Shown here in pieces: positions 7,866-17,500 of a stretch of 37,444 bases of DNA. The number at the start of each line of letters is the position of its first letter. Within the stretch, counting starts at the first letter, position 1. The translations under genes and the position numbers were made by a program. This DNA is from an uncultured Methanosarcinales archaeon (GTDB lineage: Archaea > Nanobdellota > Nanobdellia > Woesearchaeales > CAZOXR01): contig CAZMIO010000004.1 in assembly GCA_964566535.1 (NCBI GenBank), positions 62,001 to 99,444 of the forward strand, in the 5' to 3' direction. The notes below the pieces were generated by a model. It had not been told where the DNA came from and made no database searches. It was given only the letters and a program-made list of their open reading frames with translations.

Positions 7866-8675
7866 ATGGAAATCGATGTATTAAGTATTGCAAACGAGAA
7901 ACAAGGGAAGAAGAAACTTCCTGTACAGTTTAGTGAAGATATAAGGCCGGATATTGTTAAGAGGGCTGTGCTTGCTGTACAAAGTCATAATAGGCAAAGC
8001 TATGGGGCAAAGCCTGATGCAGGTATGAGGGCATCTGGTGAGTTATCAAGAAGGAGAAGAAAATATAGGGGTTCATACGGTCATGGTATCTCAAGAGTCC
8101 AAAGAAAGATAATGAGTAGAGCAGGAACAAGATTAAATTGGGTTGGAGCAGTTGTACCTGGAACAGTTGGTGGGAGGAAAGCACATGCTCCAAAAGCAGA
8201 GAAGATATGGTGGCAGAAAGTAAATAAGAAGGAAAGAAAGATGGCAATAAGAAGTGCAATAGCAGCTACTGTTGACAAGGAATTAGTCAGTAAGCGAGGA
8301 CATAAAGTTCCCGATAGTTACCCATTCATATTAGATTCAAAGATTGAGTCATTAGATAAAACAAAAGACTTCAGTGGTCTTATGGATAAGATAGGTTTAA
8401 CCGCTGAAATGGAACGGGCTAGTATTAAGAAAGTAAGAGCCGGAAAAGGAAAAACAAGAGGAAGAAAATATACTAGAAAGAAAGGTCCATTAGTAGTTGT
8501 TTCAAAAGATTGTAAGTTAGTCAAAGCAGCAAGTAATGCTGCAGGTTTTGATATTGTTGAAGTTAATAAATTAAATGCAGAGTTATTAGCTCCTGGGGCT
8601 AGTATGGGTAGACTGACTATTTGGAGTGAAGCTGCAATAGACAGATTAGAGAAGGAGAAATTGTTTTGTAATTAA
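7866..8675 (+). CDS. rpl4: 50S ribosomal protein uL4
   Basis: IRPDIVKRAV, VPGTVGGRKAHAPK, VRAGKGKTRGRKY, LLAPG..GRLTIWSE. Confidence 0.97.
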   Translation: MEIDVLSIANEKQGKKKLPVQFSEDIRPDIVKRAVLAVQSHNRQSYGAKPDAGMRASGELSRRRRKYRGSYGHGISRVQRKIMSRAGTRLNWVGAVVPGTVGGRKAHAPKAEKIWWQKVNKKERKMAIRSAIAATVDKELVSKRGHKVPDSYPFILDSKIESLDKTKDFSGLMDKIGLTAEMERASIKKVRAGKGKTRGRKYTRKKGPLVVVSKDCKLVKAASNAAGFDIVEVNKLNAELLAPGASMGRLTIWSEAAIDRLEKEKLFCN

Positions 8676-8677
8676 AA

Positions 8678-8965
8678 ATGGTAAAGAGAAATGATAAAGT
8701 ACTAGGGAACGATTTTAATGTAATTAAATGCCCCTTATCAACTGAGAAATCAATCAGGTTGATGGAATCAAATAACACCCTCATATTTTTAGTAGAAAAG
8801 AGAGCTAATAAGCAGCAGATCAAAAAGGCAATTGAAACTGTATTCAAAGCAAAGGTTGTTAATGTTAATACCCTTATCAGAATGGATGGAAAGAAGAGAG
8901 CTTACGTTAAGTTTTCAAATGAGACACCAGCAATTGATATTGCAACACAGTTAGGTCTTATGTAG
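8678..8965 (+). CDS. rpl23: 50S ribosomal protein uL23
   Basis: PLSTEKS, NTLIFLV, VNVNT, GKKRAYVKF; operon position. Confidence 0.96.
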   Translation: MVKRNDKVLGNDFNVIKCPLSTEKSIRLMESNNTLIFLVEKRANKQQIKKAIETVFKAKVVNVNTLIRMDGKKRAYVKFSNETPAIDIATQLGLM

Positions 8966-8974
8966 GTTTAGAAA

Positions 8975-9685
8975 ATGGGAAAAAATCTAATACAGCAAAG
9001 GAGAGGAAAGGGAAGTCCTACTTATAGGGCTCCTAGTTTTAAGTATGCAGGAAAGGCAAAACATATTAATTATGATGACAAAGTTACTGGGAAGATTACA
9101 GATATATTACATTCATCAGGTCATAGCGCACCATTAATGAAAGTATCGTTTGAGGACGGTAAAGAGACATTACTCCAAGCACCAGAAGGTATTAGGGTTG
9201 GAGATAATATTTCCATAGGGGATGTTACAGAATTAAGATCAGGAAATGTTATGGCTTTAGGAAATATTCCTGAAGGGACTGCAGTATATAACATAGAGCA
9301 AAGTCCAGGGGATGGTGGAAAGTTTGTAAGATCATCTGGAACTTCTGCAAAAGTGTTTTCAAAATCAGTAGATAAGGTCGTAGTTATATTACCTTCAAGC
9401 AAAAAGAAAGAATTCAGGTCTGATTGTAAAGCAGTTATTGGTTTAATAGCTGGTGGTGGTAGGACTGACAAACCTGTAATGAAAGCAGGTAATAAATATC
9501 ATGCTATGAGGGCAAAGAATAAATTATGGCCAAGTGTTAGCGGAACATCTATGAATTCAGTTGACCATCCATTTGGGGGATCAAGTTCTGGACACAAAGG
9601 AAGGCCTACACAAGCTTCAAGACACGCACCTCCTGGAAGGAAGGTTGGAAAGATAGCTCCAAGAAGAACAGGAAGGAGGAAATAA
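8975..9685 (+). CDS. rpl2: 50S ribosomal protein uL2
   Basis: MGKNLIQQRRGKG, MNSVDHPFGG, APPGRKVGKIAPRRTGR. Confidence 0.97.
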   Translation: MGKNLIQQRRGKGSPTYRAPSFKYAGKAKHINYDDKVTGKITDILHSSGHSAPLMKVSFEDGKETLLQAPEGIRVGDNISIGDVTELRSGNVMALGNIPEGTAVYNIEQSPGDGGKFVRSSGTSAKVFSKSVDKVVVILPSSKKKEFRSDCKAVIGLIAGGGRTDKPVMKAGNKYHAMRAKNKLWPSVSGTSMNSVDHPFGGSSSGHKGRPTQASRHAPPGRKVGKIAPRRTGRRK

Positions 9686-9695
9686 TCGGTAAAAA

Positions 9696-10079
9696 ATGGC
9701 AAAGAAAGAATTTTCCTACAAAGGTAAGACAGTAGAAGAGTTAAAGAAATTAGGTATAGATGAGCTAGCAATGATACTTCCATCAAGACAAAGAAGAACA
9801 TTGAAAAGAGGATTTACAGATTCACAAAACATTTTTTTAAAGAAGATAAGATCAGGCAAACAAAATGTTGAGACTCATTGTAGGAACATGTTAATCCTAC
9901 CTGAGATGGAAGGTATGACTATAAAAGTTCATAGTGGAAAAGAGTTTGTCCCAGTTATGATTCAACCAGAAATGATTGGCCATTACCTAGGGGAGTTTGT
10001 CTTATCTAGAAAGAGAATGGCACATAGCGCACCAGGAATTGGGGCTACAAAGTCAAGTTCAAGTTTATCAGTGAGGTAA
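9696..10079 (+). CDS. rps19: 30S ribosomal protein uS19
   Basis: THCRNMLILPEM, EMIGHYLGEF, PGIGATKSS. Confidence 0.97.
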   Translation: MAKKEFSYKGKTVEELKKLGIDELAMILPSRQRRTLKRGFTDSQNIFLKKIRSGKQNVETHCRNMLILPEMEGMTIKVHSGKEFVPVMIQPEMIGHYLGEFVLSRKRMAHSAPGIGATKSSSSLSVR

Positions 10080-10081
10080 TA

Positions 10082-10660
10082 ATGACAGTAGGAAAGAAAT
10101 CAAAATTGTATGATAAGGAACATATGGCAAAGGTTACAGGAAGTTCATTGCCAATTTCCACTAAGAAATCTATTGAAGTATGTAATTTCATTAGGTTTAA
10201 AGATTTAAACAAGGCAAAGGACTTTTTGAATAAAGTGATTAGTTTGGAAGCTGCAGTCCCATTCAAAAGGTTTAATGCCGATACTGGCCATAAGACAGGT
10301 ATTGGTCCTGGAAGATATCCTGTAAAAACTTCAGAAGAGATAGTAAAATTGTTAGAGTCAGTTGAGGCGAATGCTCAGTTTAAGGGTCTTGATACAAGTA
10401 AATTAATTATCAAACATATTTGTGCTAATCAAGCAAGTAAATCATGGCATTATGGAAGACAAAGAAGAAGAAAGATGAAGAGGACTAATATTGATATTAT
10501 TGTTGAAGAGAGAAAGAGCAACGGAAAGAAAAAGGCTGAAGGTAAAAAACAAGTAGAAAAAGGAAAGACTGAGTCAGTTAAAGCAGTAGCAGAAAAAACA
10601 AACAACGTGTCTGCTAAAACAGAAAAACCAATTGAAAAGAAAAAGATGGAGAAAAAATGA
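10082..10660 (+). CDS. rpl22: 50S ribosomal protein uL22 with K/E-rich C-terminal tail
   Basis: ISTKKSIEVC, AVPFKRFN, GRYPVK, ANAQFKGLD. Confidence 0.96.
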   Translation: MTVGKKSKLYDKEHMAKVTGSSLPISTKKSIEVCNFIRFKDLNKAKDFLNKVISLEAAVPFKRFNADTGHKTGIGPGRYPVKTSEEIVKLLESVEANAQFKGLDTSKLIIKHICANQASKSWHYGRQRRRKMKRTNIDIIVEERKSNGKKKAEGKKQVEKGKTESVKAVAEKTNNVSAKTEKPIEKKKMEKK

Positions 10661-11442
10661 TAGAAAGAAAATTTATTGCTCAAAAAATCAAGGAATTTCA
10701 GATTCAAGAGTTTGTAGGAGCTACTCTAAAGAATGTAGGGCATAGTCATACTAAGATGTTAAAGACTCCTTTGGGGGAGAAGATAGTTATTCACGCTTCA
10801 AGACCCGGATTGATAGTAGGAAGAAAAGGGCAGAACATAAAACAGCTTACAAAAACTTTGAAAAAGAAATTTAACCTTGAAAATCCACAGATTGAGATTA
10901 GTGAGGTTGAGAATATAAACTTAAATGCCAATATTGTTGCCGAAAGAATATCTAGTTCACTTGAGAAATTTGGTACTCAAAAGTTCAAAGGTATAGGTCA
11001 TAAAGTTATGACGGATGTAATGAATTCAGGTGCTTTAGGTATTGAGGTATTGATTAGCGGTAAGGTTCCTAGTTCAAGAGCAAAATCATGGAGATTTTAT
11101 CAAGGTTATTTAAAAAAATGTGGAGACATAGCATTAGTTGGTGTCAAAAGATCGTATAAAATAGCACGACTTAAAACAGGTGTTGTAGGGATTAAAGTTT
11201 CACTAATGCCTCCAGATATAAGACTTCCAGATGATATCAAACTTCTGAGTGAGAAAGAAGAAGTAATCGAAGAGGTTACAAAAGAAGGAGATAAAGAAAA
11301 GGAAGACAAGACAGAGAGTAAATCAACTGAAAAAGATCCAGAAGCAAAGAAAGAAAAAAAAGAAGACAAGAAGAAAGAAACCAAGGGCAAAGAAGATAAA
11401 AAAGATTCAGAAGAAGACAAGAAGGAAAAAGTAAAAGAATAA
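10657..11442 (+). CDS. rps3: 30S ribosomal protein uS3 with K/E-rich tail
   Basis: RPGLIVGRKG (KH domain), GIEVLISGK, GVVGIKV. Confidence 0.97.
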   Translation: MIERKFIAQKIKEFQIQEFVGATLKNVGHSHTKMLKTPLGEKIVIHASRPGLIVGRKGQNIKQLTKTLKKKFNLENPQIEISEVENINLNANIVAERISSSLEKFGTQKFKGIGHKVMTDVMNSGALGIEVLISGKVPSSRAKSWRFYQGYLKKCGDIALVGVKRSYKIARLKTGVVGIKVSLMPPDIRLPDDIKLLSEKEEVIEEVTKEGDKEKEDKTESKSTEKDPEAKKEKKEDKKKETKGKEDKKDSEEDKKEKVKE

Positions 11443-11443
11443 A

Positions 11444-11653
11444 ATGGTATTAAAGATTAAAGAAATTACAGCAATGAGCAAGGAAGATTTGAATAGTAAG
11501 TTAAGTGAGATTAGAAAGGAATTGATCAAACTTAATACTCAAGTTTCAAGGGGTACAACATTGAAGAACCCTGGTCAGATTAAACAAATAAAAAAAACAA
11601 TTGCTAGAATTTTAACTATCCAAAAACTAAAGGGGGTAACTAAAAAAGGATGA
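11444..11653 (+). CDS. rpl29: 50S ribosomal protein uL29
   Basis: NPGQIKQIKKTIARILT; operon position. Confidence 0.95.
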   Translation: MVLKIKEITAMSKEDLNSKLSEIRKELIKLNTQVSRGTTLKNPGQIKQIKKTIARILTIQKLKGVTKKG

Positions 11654-11958
11654 GTGAAATTTGCTCCATGTGTGGACTGCCTAAAGAGCTTTGTGTTTGT
11701 CAGACGATTGCTCAGGAAACACAAAAGATTCAGGTGTATACAGTGAAGAAGAAATTCAATAAGCTGTATACTATAATTGAAGGTATTGATGAAAAAGAAA
11801 TAGACATGAAAAACCTTACAAAAACCATGAAAACAAAGCTAGCTTGTGGCGGGACAGCAAAGGAAAATAAAATTGAATTACAAGGCGACCATAAATCCAG
11901 GACAAAAGAAATTTTGATTCAGGAAGGATTCGCACCCGAAACAATTATTATTAAATAA
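11650..11958 (+). CDS. sui1: Translation initiation factor aIF1 (SUI1/YciH)
   Basis: CSMCGLPKELCVC, KLACGGT, IELQGDH. Confidence 0.96.
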   Translation: MSEICSMCGLPKELCVCQTIAQETQKIQVYTVKKKFNKLYTIIEGIDEKEIDMKNLTKTMKTKLACGGTAKENKIELQGDHKSRTKEILIQEGFAPETIIIK

Positions 11959-11963
11959 CAAAG

Positions 11964-12203
11964 ATGGACGTTAAAAAAATAATGACCGGGGAACTAATAG
12001 GTCTCCAAATAAATATGGGTCAAGAAAAAGTAAAAATCATTGATGAAACAAAAAACATGATTGTGGTTGAAACCAAAAACGGAGATAAAAAAAAGCTAAT
12101 GAAAAAAAATAACCAATTTGAGGTTATTGTTGACGATCAAACGGTTAAAATTGAAGGAAATAAATTGTTGTTAAGGCCGGAGGAAAGGGTTAAGATAAGA
12201 TGA
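11964..12203 (+). CDS. rnp1: RNase P protein component 1 (Rpp29/Pop4), compact form
   Basis: ELIGL, IIDETKNM, IEGNKLLLRPEERVK; canonical position between SUI1 and uS17. Confidence 0.9.
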   Translation: MDVKKIMTGELIGLQINMGQEKVKIIDETKNMIVVETKNGDKKKLMKKNNQFEVIVDDQTVKIEGNKLLLRPEERVKIR

Positions 12204-12667
12204 ATAAAAAAACAAAGAAATCAAGTGAAGGATGCGAAGATAAAAATTGTCCAATCCATGGTGAACTTAGTGTTAGAGGTAGGACCTTTGTAGGTACTAT
12301 CATATCCACAAAGATGCACAAGACCGTTGTAGTTGAGTGGTTATGGAAGAAGAAGGTAGCCAAATATGAAAGATATGAGAGTAAAAGAACCAGATTAAAA
12401 GCTCATAATCCACAATGTATTAGCGCTCAAGATGGGGATATTGTAAAGATTGCTGAATGCAGACCATTAAGTAAAACTAAGAATTTTGTGATAATTGAAG
12501 TTTTAGGTAAAGAGAGAGGCTTCAAAGAGAAGATTGAAGCAAGAGAAGAAGGTAAATTTAAGAAAGAAGGTAAAGACGCTGAAGCTAAAGTAGATGAAAA
12601 AGAAGACAAGAATGAAGAAGTAGAAAGTAGCGAAGCTGAAAAATCAACGGAGAAAATAGTGGAATAG
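12200..12667 (+). CDS. rps17: 30S ribosomal protein uS17 with acidic tail
   Basis: CEDKNCPIHG, KYERY, AHNP, ECRPLSKTKNF. Confidence 0.97.
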   Translation: MNKKTKKSSEGCEDKNCPIHGELSVRGRTFVGTIISTKMHKTVVVEWLWKKKVAKYERYESKRTRLKAHNPQCISAQDGDIVKIAECRPLSKTKNFVIIEVLGKERGFKEKIEAREEGKFKKEGKDAEAKVDEKEDKNEEVESSEAEKSTEKIVE

Positions 12668-12668
12668 G

Positions 12669-13070
12669 ATGAAAGCATTAACTTCAAGAATCAGTAGAGG
12701 ACTTCCAGTTGGATCTGAAGTCCAAACTTGTGATAATTCGGGAGCAAAAGTAGTAAGGATTTTCACAGTTGTAGGGCTAAAGACTGTAAAGGGGAGAAAG
12801 CCTGCTGCAGGTATTGGAGATTTAGTGATGGTCTCTGTAAAAAGAGGAAAGCCAGAGATGAGAAAACAAGTTGTTTTTGCAGTTGTGGTGAGGCTAAAGA
12901 AGGAGTATAGGAGATCAGACGGAATGAGAATCAAGTTTGAAGATAATGCCGTTGTTGTACTAAAAGATGACAAAGGTAATCCAAAAGGAACAATATTCAA
13001 GGGGCCTATTGCAAAGGAAGCATGTAGTAGATGGCCTGGAGTAGCCAAGATGGCTAGGATTATAGTTTAA
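12669..13070 (+). CDS. rpl14: 50S ribosomal protein uL14
   Basis: CDNSGAK, FEDNAVV, PKGTIFKGPIAKEA. Confidence 0.97.
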   Translation: MKALTSRISRGLPVGSEVQTCDNSGAKVVRIFTVVGLKTVKGRKPAAGIGDLVMVSVKRGKPEMRKQVVFAVVVRLKKEYRRSDGMRIKFEDNAVVVLKDDKGNPKGTIFKGPIAKEACSRWPGVAKMARIIV

Positions 13071-13087
13071 TTATCGAGGGAATATTA

Positions 13088-13474
13088 ATGAAAACAAAAT
13101 TTTCAACAAGCTGGAAAGCAAGCAAGCAAACAAGGAAGCAGAGGAAGTATAGGCATAATGCTCCACTTCACGTTAAACAAAAGTTAGTACGTGCTCATCT
13201 TTCAAAGGAGTTAATAAAAAAACACGGAAGAAGAAGTTTAGGATTAAGAAAAGGGGACAAGGTTAAAGTAATGAGGGGAGAACATAAAAAATACATTGGC
13301 AAGGTTGACAAAATTAGTCTTAAGAAGGGGAAGGTATACCTTGAAGGGATTGAAGTTACTAAAAGAGATGGAACAAAGACAGTTTATCCATTTGAACCTT
13401 CAAATTTAATGATTACAGAATTGATATTGGAAGATAAAATACGACAAAAAATACTCGAGAGGAAATCAAAGTAA
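13088..13474 (+). CDS. rpl24: 50S ribosomal protein uL24
   Basis: KQRKYRHNAPLH, KGDKVKVMRG, PSNLMI. Confidence 0.97.
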   Translation: MKTKFSTSWKASKQTRKQRKYRHNAPLHVKQKLVRAHLSKELIKKHGRRSLGLRKGDKVKVMRGEHKKYIGKVDKISLKKGKVYLEGIEVTKRDGTKTVYPFEPSNLMITELILEDKIRQKILERKSK

Positions 13475-13475
13475 A

Positions 13476-14165
13476 ATGACAAAGAATCACTTAAAGAGAT
13501 TAAACACGCCTAAGACATGGGATATAGTAAGAAAAGGAATAACATTCATAACAAGGCCCAACCCTGGTGCACATTCATTAGAAGATGGAGTATCACTTAA
13601 CTTACTAATAAGGGACATGCTAGGACTAGCAAAAAACAAAAGGGAAGTTCGAAGAATCTTATTGGAGAACAATGTTTTAGTTGACGGAATAAGAAGAAAA
13701 GACCATAGGTTTTGTACTGGATTTATGGATGTGATTAAGTTTACAGAATTAAAAGAACAATATCGTGTTGTGATCGGGGTGAATGGCAAATTAGGTGCCA
13801 TTAAGATTGATGAAAAAGATTCAAATGTGAAGTTATGTAAAATTGTTGGAAAAAAATTAGTGGGTGGAAAAATCCAATTCAATTTGTTTGATGGAAAAAA
13901 CATTTTAGCTGAAAAAGGAGATTACAAGGTAGGAGATACGTTGGCAATTAGTGTGCCAAAACAGGAAATTAAATCATGTTTAAAACTTGAGAAAGGCAGT
14001 TTGATCTGTTTGACAGGTGGGTCTCACATTGGAGAGATTGGGCATGTTGAAGATATCATATCAAATAGGATAAAGTGCAAGGTTAAGAAAGGAGATGTAT
14101 TTGAGACTTTGAAAGATTACGCTTTTGTTATTGGTAAAAGCAAACCAGAGGTACAAGTAGAGTAA
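13476..14165 (+). CDS. rps4e: 30S ribosomal protein eS4
   Basis: HLKRLNTPKTW, PNPGAH, VLVDG, GFMDVI, TGGSHIG. Confidence 0.97.
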   Translation: MTKNHLKRLNTPKTWDIVRKGITFITRPNPGAHSLEDGVSLNLLIRDMLGLAKNKREVRRILLENNVLVDGIRRKDHRFCTGFMDVIKFTELKEQYRVVIGVNGKLGAIKIDEKDSNVKLCKIVGKKLVGGKIQFNLFDGKNILAEKGDYKVGDTLAISVPKQEIKSCLKLEKGSLICLTGGSHIGEIGHVEDIISNRIKCKVKKGDVFETLKDYAFVIGKSKPEVQVE

Positions 14166-14166
14166 A

Positions 14167-14679
14167 ATGAGCCTTATGAGAGAGATTAAAATTGAGAAGC
14201 TAACCCTAAATATTGGGGCTGGAAAAGACCAGGTTAAGCTAGAGAAAGGAATGAAGTTATTAAAAAATATTACTGGGTTAAATCCTGTTAAGACATTTAC
14301 TATGAAAAGAATTCCCGAGTGGGGAATAAGACCTGGACTTCCTATAGGGTGTAAGATTACATTAAGAAAAGGAAAATCCATGGAAATGGTCAAGAAATTA
14401 TTGGCTGCTAAGGAGAAGAGGCTGAAGGAAAGTCAATTTGATAATAATGGGAACATTGCATTTGGTATTCATGAATGTATAGATATTCCTGATTTTAAGT
14501 ATGATCCAGATATAGGAATAATGGGCCTGGAAGTTTGTTTAACACTTGAAAGACCAGGATTTAGAATCAAAAAAAGAAAAATTAAGAGAAGGAAGATTCC
14601 GATAAAACATAGAATCACAAAGGAAGAAGCTATTGACTATATGAAGAAAAATTTTGATATCAAAATGGGTGATGAGTAA
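14167..14679 (+). CDS. rpl5: 50S ribosomal protein uL5
   Basis: IEKLTLNIG, PIGCKITLR, GNIAFGIHE, YDPDIGIMG. Confidence 0.97.
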   Translation: MSLMREIKIEKLTLNIGAGKDQVKLEKGMKLLKNITGLNPVKTFTMKRIPEWGIRPGLPIGCKITLRKGKSMEMVKKLLAAKEKRLKESQFDNNGNIAFGIHECIDIPDFKYDPDIGIMGLEVCLTLERPGFRIKKRKIKRRKIPIKHRITKEEAIDYMKKNFDIKMGDE

Positions 14680-14680
14680 A

Positions 14681-14908
14681 ATGACTTATAGCAATCATAA
14701 CAAAGTTTTCAAACAATTAAAATCAAGACCTGCAAAGCTTAATAAGTTTTTGAAACATAATGCCCCTAAGAAAAGGTTAGGAATTTATTCGAAAAAATGT
14801 AGGAGATGTGGAAGACCAAGAGCCCATATAGGTTCATATGGGATAAATCTATGCAGAACATGTTTTAGAGAAACTGCAGTTGATTTAGGGTTTAAAAAAT
14901 ACAACTAG
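14681..14908 (+). CDS. rps14: 30S ribosomal protein uS14 (zinc-binding type)
   Basis: CRRCG...[13 protein letters not shown]. Start moved to ATG 14681, 1 nt after the uL5 stop. Confidence 0.95.
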   Translation: MTYSNHNKVFKQLKSRPAKLNKFLKHNAPKKRLGIYSKKCRRCGRPRAHIGSYGINLCRTCFRETAVDLGFKKYN

Positions 14909-14916
14909 GTGAAAAA

Positions 14917-15309
14917 ATGTCATTAAATGATCCATTAGCAAACGCATTGTCGCTGATATTGAACAGTGAGACAACTAAGAAGAAAGAATGTTTAATCAAA
15001 CCAACATCAATGATTATTGAGAATACTTTGAAAGTTCTACAAGATCATGGATATATTGGAAGTTTTGAGAAGGTAAAGGACGGTAAAGGGGATTTCCTTA
15101 AGTTAAATTTACTTGGTACTTTGAATAAATGTGGGGCAATTAAACCGAGATATTCAGTTAAAAAAGGAGAATACGAAAAATTTGAGAAAAGGTACCTCCC
15201 TGCAAAAGGATTTGGTGTAATTATTGTTTCAACACCTTTAGGCGTAATTACTCATACTGAGGCTATAAAGAAAGGAATTGGGGGAAGATTACTCGCTTAT
15301 TGTTACTAA
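14917..15309 (+). CDS. rps8: 30S ribosomal protein uS8
   Basis: [34 protein letters not shown] aggtga. Confidence 0.97.
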   Translation: MSLNDPLANALSLILNSETTKKKECLIKPTSMIIENTLKVLQDHGYIGSFEKVKDGKGDFLKLNLLGTLNKCGAIKPRYSVKKGEYEKFEKRYLPAKGFGVIIVSTPLGVITHTEAIKKGIGGRLLAYCY

Positions 15310-15316
15310 AATCAAA

Positions 15317-15889
15317 ATGGTAGAAGAAGAAAAGTCAAAGAAAGAAAAGAAAGGGTTTCGTGAAGAGATAGAAATACCTCGGGGTATAGACGTAAAAGCA
15401 GATAATGGTACTGTCACAGTTAAAGGTCCAAAGGGAGAAAATAAAAAAGAGATGTTGAATAAAAGAGTGGACATTAAAGTAGAAGGTAATAAAATCATAG
15501 TATCTTCAAAAAAATCTGCAAAAAGGGAAAAGATGATAATGAAATCTTTTAAGGCACATATTAACAATCTGCTTAAGGGAGTTGTAGAGCCATACAGTTA
15601 CACTTTGAAAATATGTTCAGGTCATTTTCCAATGACAGTTTCAGTAAATAAAAATCAATTAATCGTAAAGAACCTTTTGGGTGAGAAGATACCAAGAGTG
15701 CTAGATTTAAAAGAAGGAGTGACAGTTAAGGTTGAAGGGGAAAATATTATTGTAGAATCTACAGATAAAGAAAAAGCTGGACAATGTGCAGCTTCAATTG
15801 AACAACTGACTAGAAGGACAGGTTATGATACTAGGGTATTTCAAGATGGTTGCTGGATAACCATAAAGGATAAGAAGGAAATAAAATGA
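15317..15889 (+). CDS. rpl6: 50S ribosomal protein uL6
   Basis: VKGPKG, HFPM, NLLGEK, DTRVFQDG. ATG 15317 is preferred over TTG 15278. Confidence 0.96.
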   Translation: MVEEEKSKKEKKGFREEIEIPRGIDVKADNGTVTVKGPKGENKKEMLNKRVDIKVEGNKIIVSSKKSAKREKMIMKSFKAHINNLLKGVVEPYSYTLKICSGHFPMTVSVNKNQLIVKNLLGEKIPRVLDLKEGVTVKVEGENIIVESTDKEKAGQCAASIEQLTRRTGYDTRVFQDGCWITIKDKKEIK

Positions 15890-16467
15890 AAGATATCAAA
15901 TCACTATTGGAATTAAGGAGAAAGTTAAAGAAAAAGAAACCTACTTTCATCAGGCAGGACGCTCATAAAAAACCTAGGATTGGTTATAAATGGAGAAGGC
16001 CGAACGGAAGCGATTCTAAGATGAGACGGGGAATGAAGGGATATAGGCGGAGTGTTGCTTTAGGATGGGGTTCACCTAACGAAGTAAAAGGATTACACAA
16101 ATCAGGGTTAAAAATGGTTATTGTTCATTCAGAAAAAGATATGGATGGGCTAGATTCAAGTAAAGAGGGCATAATCATTGGCGGAACTGTGGGTATGAGA
16201 AAGAAGGTATTAATGTTAAAGAAAGCTAATGAAAAAGGCATAGAAGTATTAAATGTTAAGAATGTTGATGATTATTTGAAAAATGTTGATGAGTTGAATA
16301 AGAAGAAAAAGAGTGAGAGAGAAAAGATTAAGAAGAGAAGACAAAAAGCCGAGAAGAAGAAAGAAAAGGAAAAAGACAAGCTTGAAGGAAAACTTCAAAC
16401 TGACGAAGAGAAAAAAGAAGAAGAAAAAAAGGAGAGGGATAAAGTACTTACAAAGAAACAGGTTTGA
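15886..16467 (+). CDS. rpl32e: 50S ribosomal protein eL32 with K/E-rich tail
   Basis: KKPTFIRQD, WRRPNGSDSKMR, GLHKSG. Confidence 0.95.
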   Translation: MKDIKSLLELRRKLKKKKPTFIRQDAHKKPRIGYKWRRPNGSDSKMRRGMKGYRRSVALGWGSPNEVKGLHKSGLKMVIVHSEKDMDGLDSSKEGIIIGGTVGMRKKVLMLKKANEKGIEVLNVKNVDDYLKNVDELNKKKKSEREKIKKRRQKAEKKKEKEKDKLEGKLQTDEEKKEEEKKERDKVLTKKQV

Positions 16468-16472
16468 TACTC

Positions 16473-16922
16473 ATGAAATTAAAACTACAAAAAAAATTAG
16501 CCGCTGACGTTTTGAATTGCTCAGTTAAAAGAGTAGCACTAGACGTTGACAGGTTAGAAGAGATCAAAGAGGCCATAACTAAGGCAGATATAAAATCATT
16601 AGCTAAAGATAAAGCTATTATCAGGAAGCCCGTTAAAGGGGTATCAAGGGTTAGGGCCAGAAAAAGAATCGTTCAGAGAAGGAAAGGAAGGCAAAAAGGG
16701 CATGGAACAAGAAAAGGTAAAAAAACTTCAATCGTGTCAAGGAAGACAGTATGGATAAATAAAATCAGGGCACAAAGGAAATTACTAAATGAGTTAAAGG
16801 ATAATGGCGATGTTACTAAATCAGTTTATAGATTGTTATATTTGAAGGCTAAGGGTGGATTTTTTAGAAGCAGGAGGCACATCTCACTTTATATTGAAGA
16901 GCATAAACTAACTACAAAATGA
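16473..16922 (+). CDS. rpl19e: 50S ribosomal protein eL19
   Basis: LQKKLAADVL, GHGTRKGKK, WINKIRAQR, YLKAKGGFF. Confidence 0.96.
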   Translation: MKLKLQKKLAADVLNCSVKRVALDVDRLEEIKEAITKADIKSLAKDKAIIRKPVKGVSRVRARKRIVQRRKGRQKGHGTRKGKKTSIVSRKTVWINKIRAQRKLLNELKDNGDVTKSVYRLLYLKAKGGFFRSRRHISLYIEEHKLTTK

Positions 16923-17500
16923 AAAAACACAAAACACGTACAGTAAAGTATCGGAGAAAGAGAAGGGGAGAGACAGATTACAAAAAAAGGTTAAAGCTGT
17001 TACTCTCCAATAAGTTAAGATTAGTAATCAGAAAATCACTAAGTAACATAGTTGCTCAGATTGTAGAATATCATGAGAAGGGAGATAAGGTAGTAGTAGC
17101 AGTCAGTTCTACATCATTAGCAAAATTTGGATGGAATGTAAATAAAGGAAACTTACCTTCAGCTTATCTTGTAGGACTATTAGTTGGTATTAAAGCTAAG
17201 AAGAATGGAATCGAAGAAGTGGTGCCAGATATTGGTTTTAATAAAGCTGTAAAAGGTTCAAGAGTGTTTGCAGTTATGAAAGGAGTAGTAGATGCAGGTG
17301 TGAAGATCCCTCATTCAAAAGAAATATTACCTGATGAAGAAAGAATTAAAGGGGCACATATTGCAAAGTATGCGGAAGAAATGAAGAAAAGTGAAGCTTA
17401 TGAAAAATTATTTAGTAGTTATATCAAGAACAATTTGGATCCAGTTAAGATAAGTGAATATTTTGAGATGACCAAAAAGAAGATTTTGGAGGTCAAATGA
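16919..17500 (+). CDS. rpl18: 50S ribosomal protein uL18
   Basis: RRKRRGETDYKKRL, NLPSAYLVG, GVVDAG.IPH, RIKGAHI. Confidence 0.96.
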   Translation: MKKHKTRTVKYRRKRRGETDYKKRLKLLLSNKLRLVIRKSLSNIVAQIVEYHEKGDKVVVAVSSTSLAKFGWNVNKGNLPSAYLVGLLVGIKAKKNGIEEVVPDIGFNKAVKGSRVFAVMKGVVDAGVKIPHSKEILPDEERIKGAHIAKYAEEMKKSEAYEKLFSSYIKNNLDPVKISEYFEMTKKKILEVK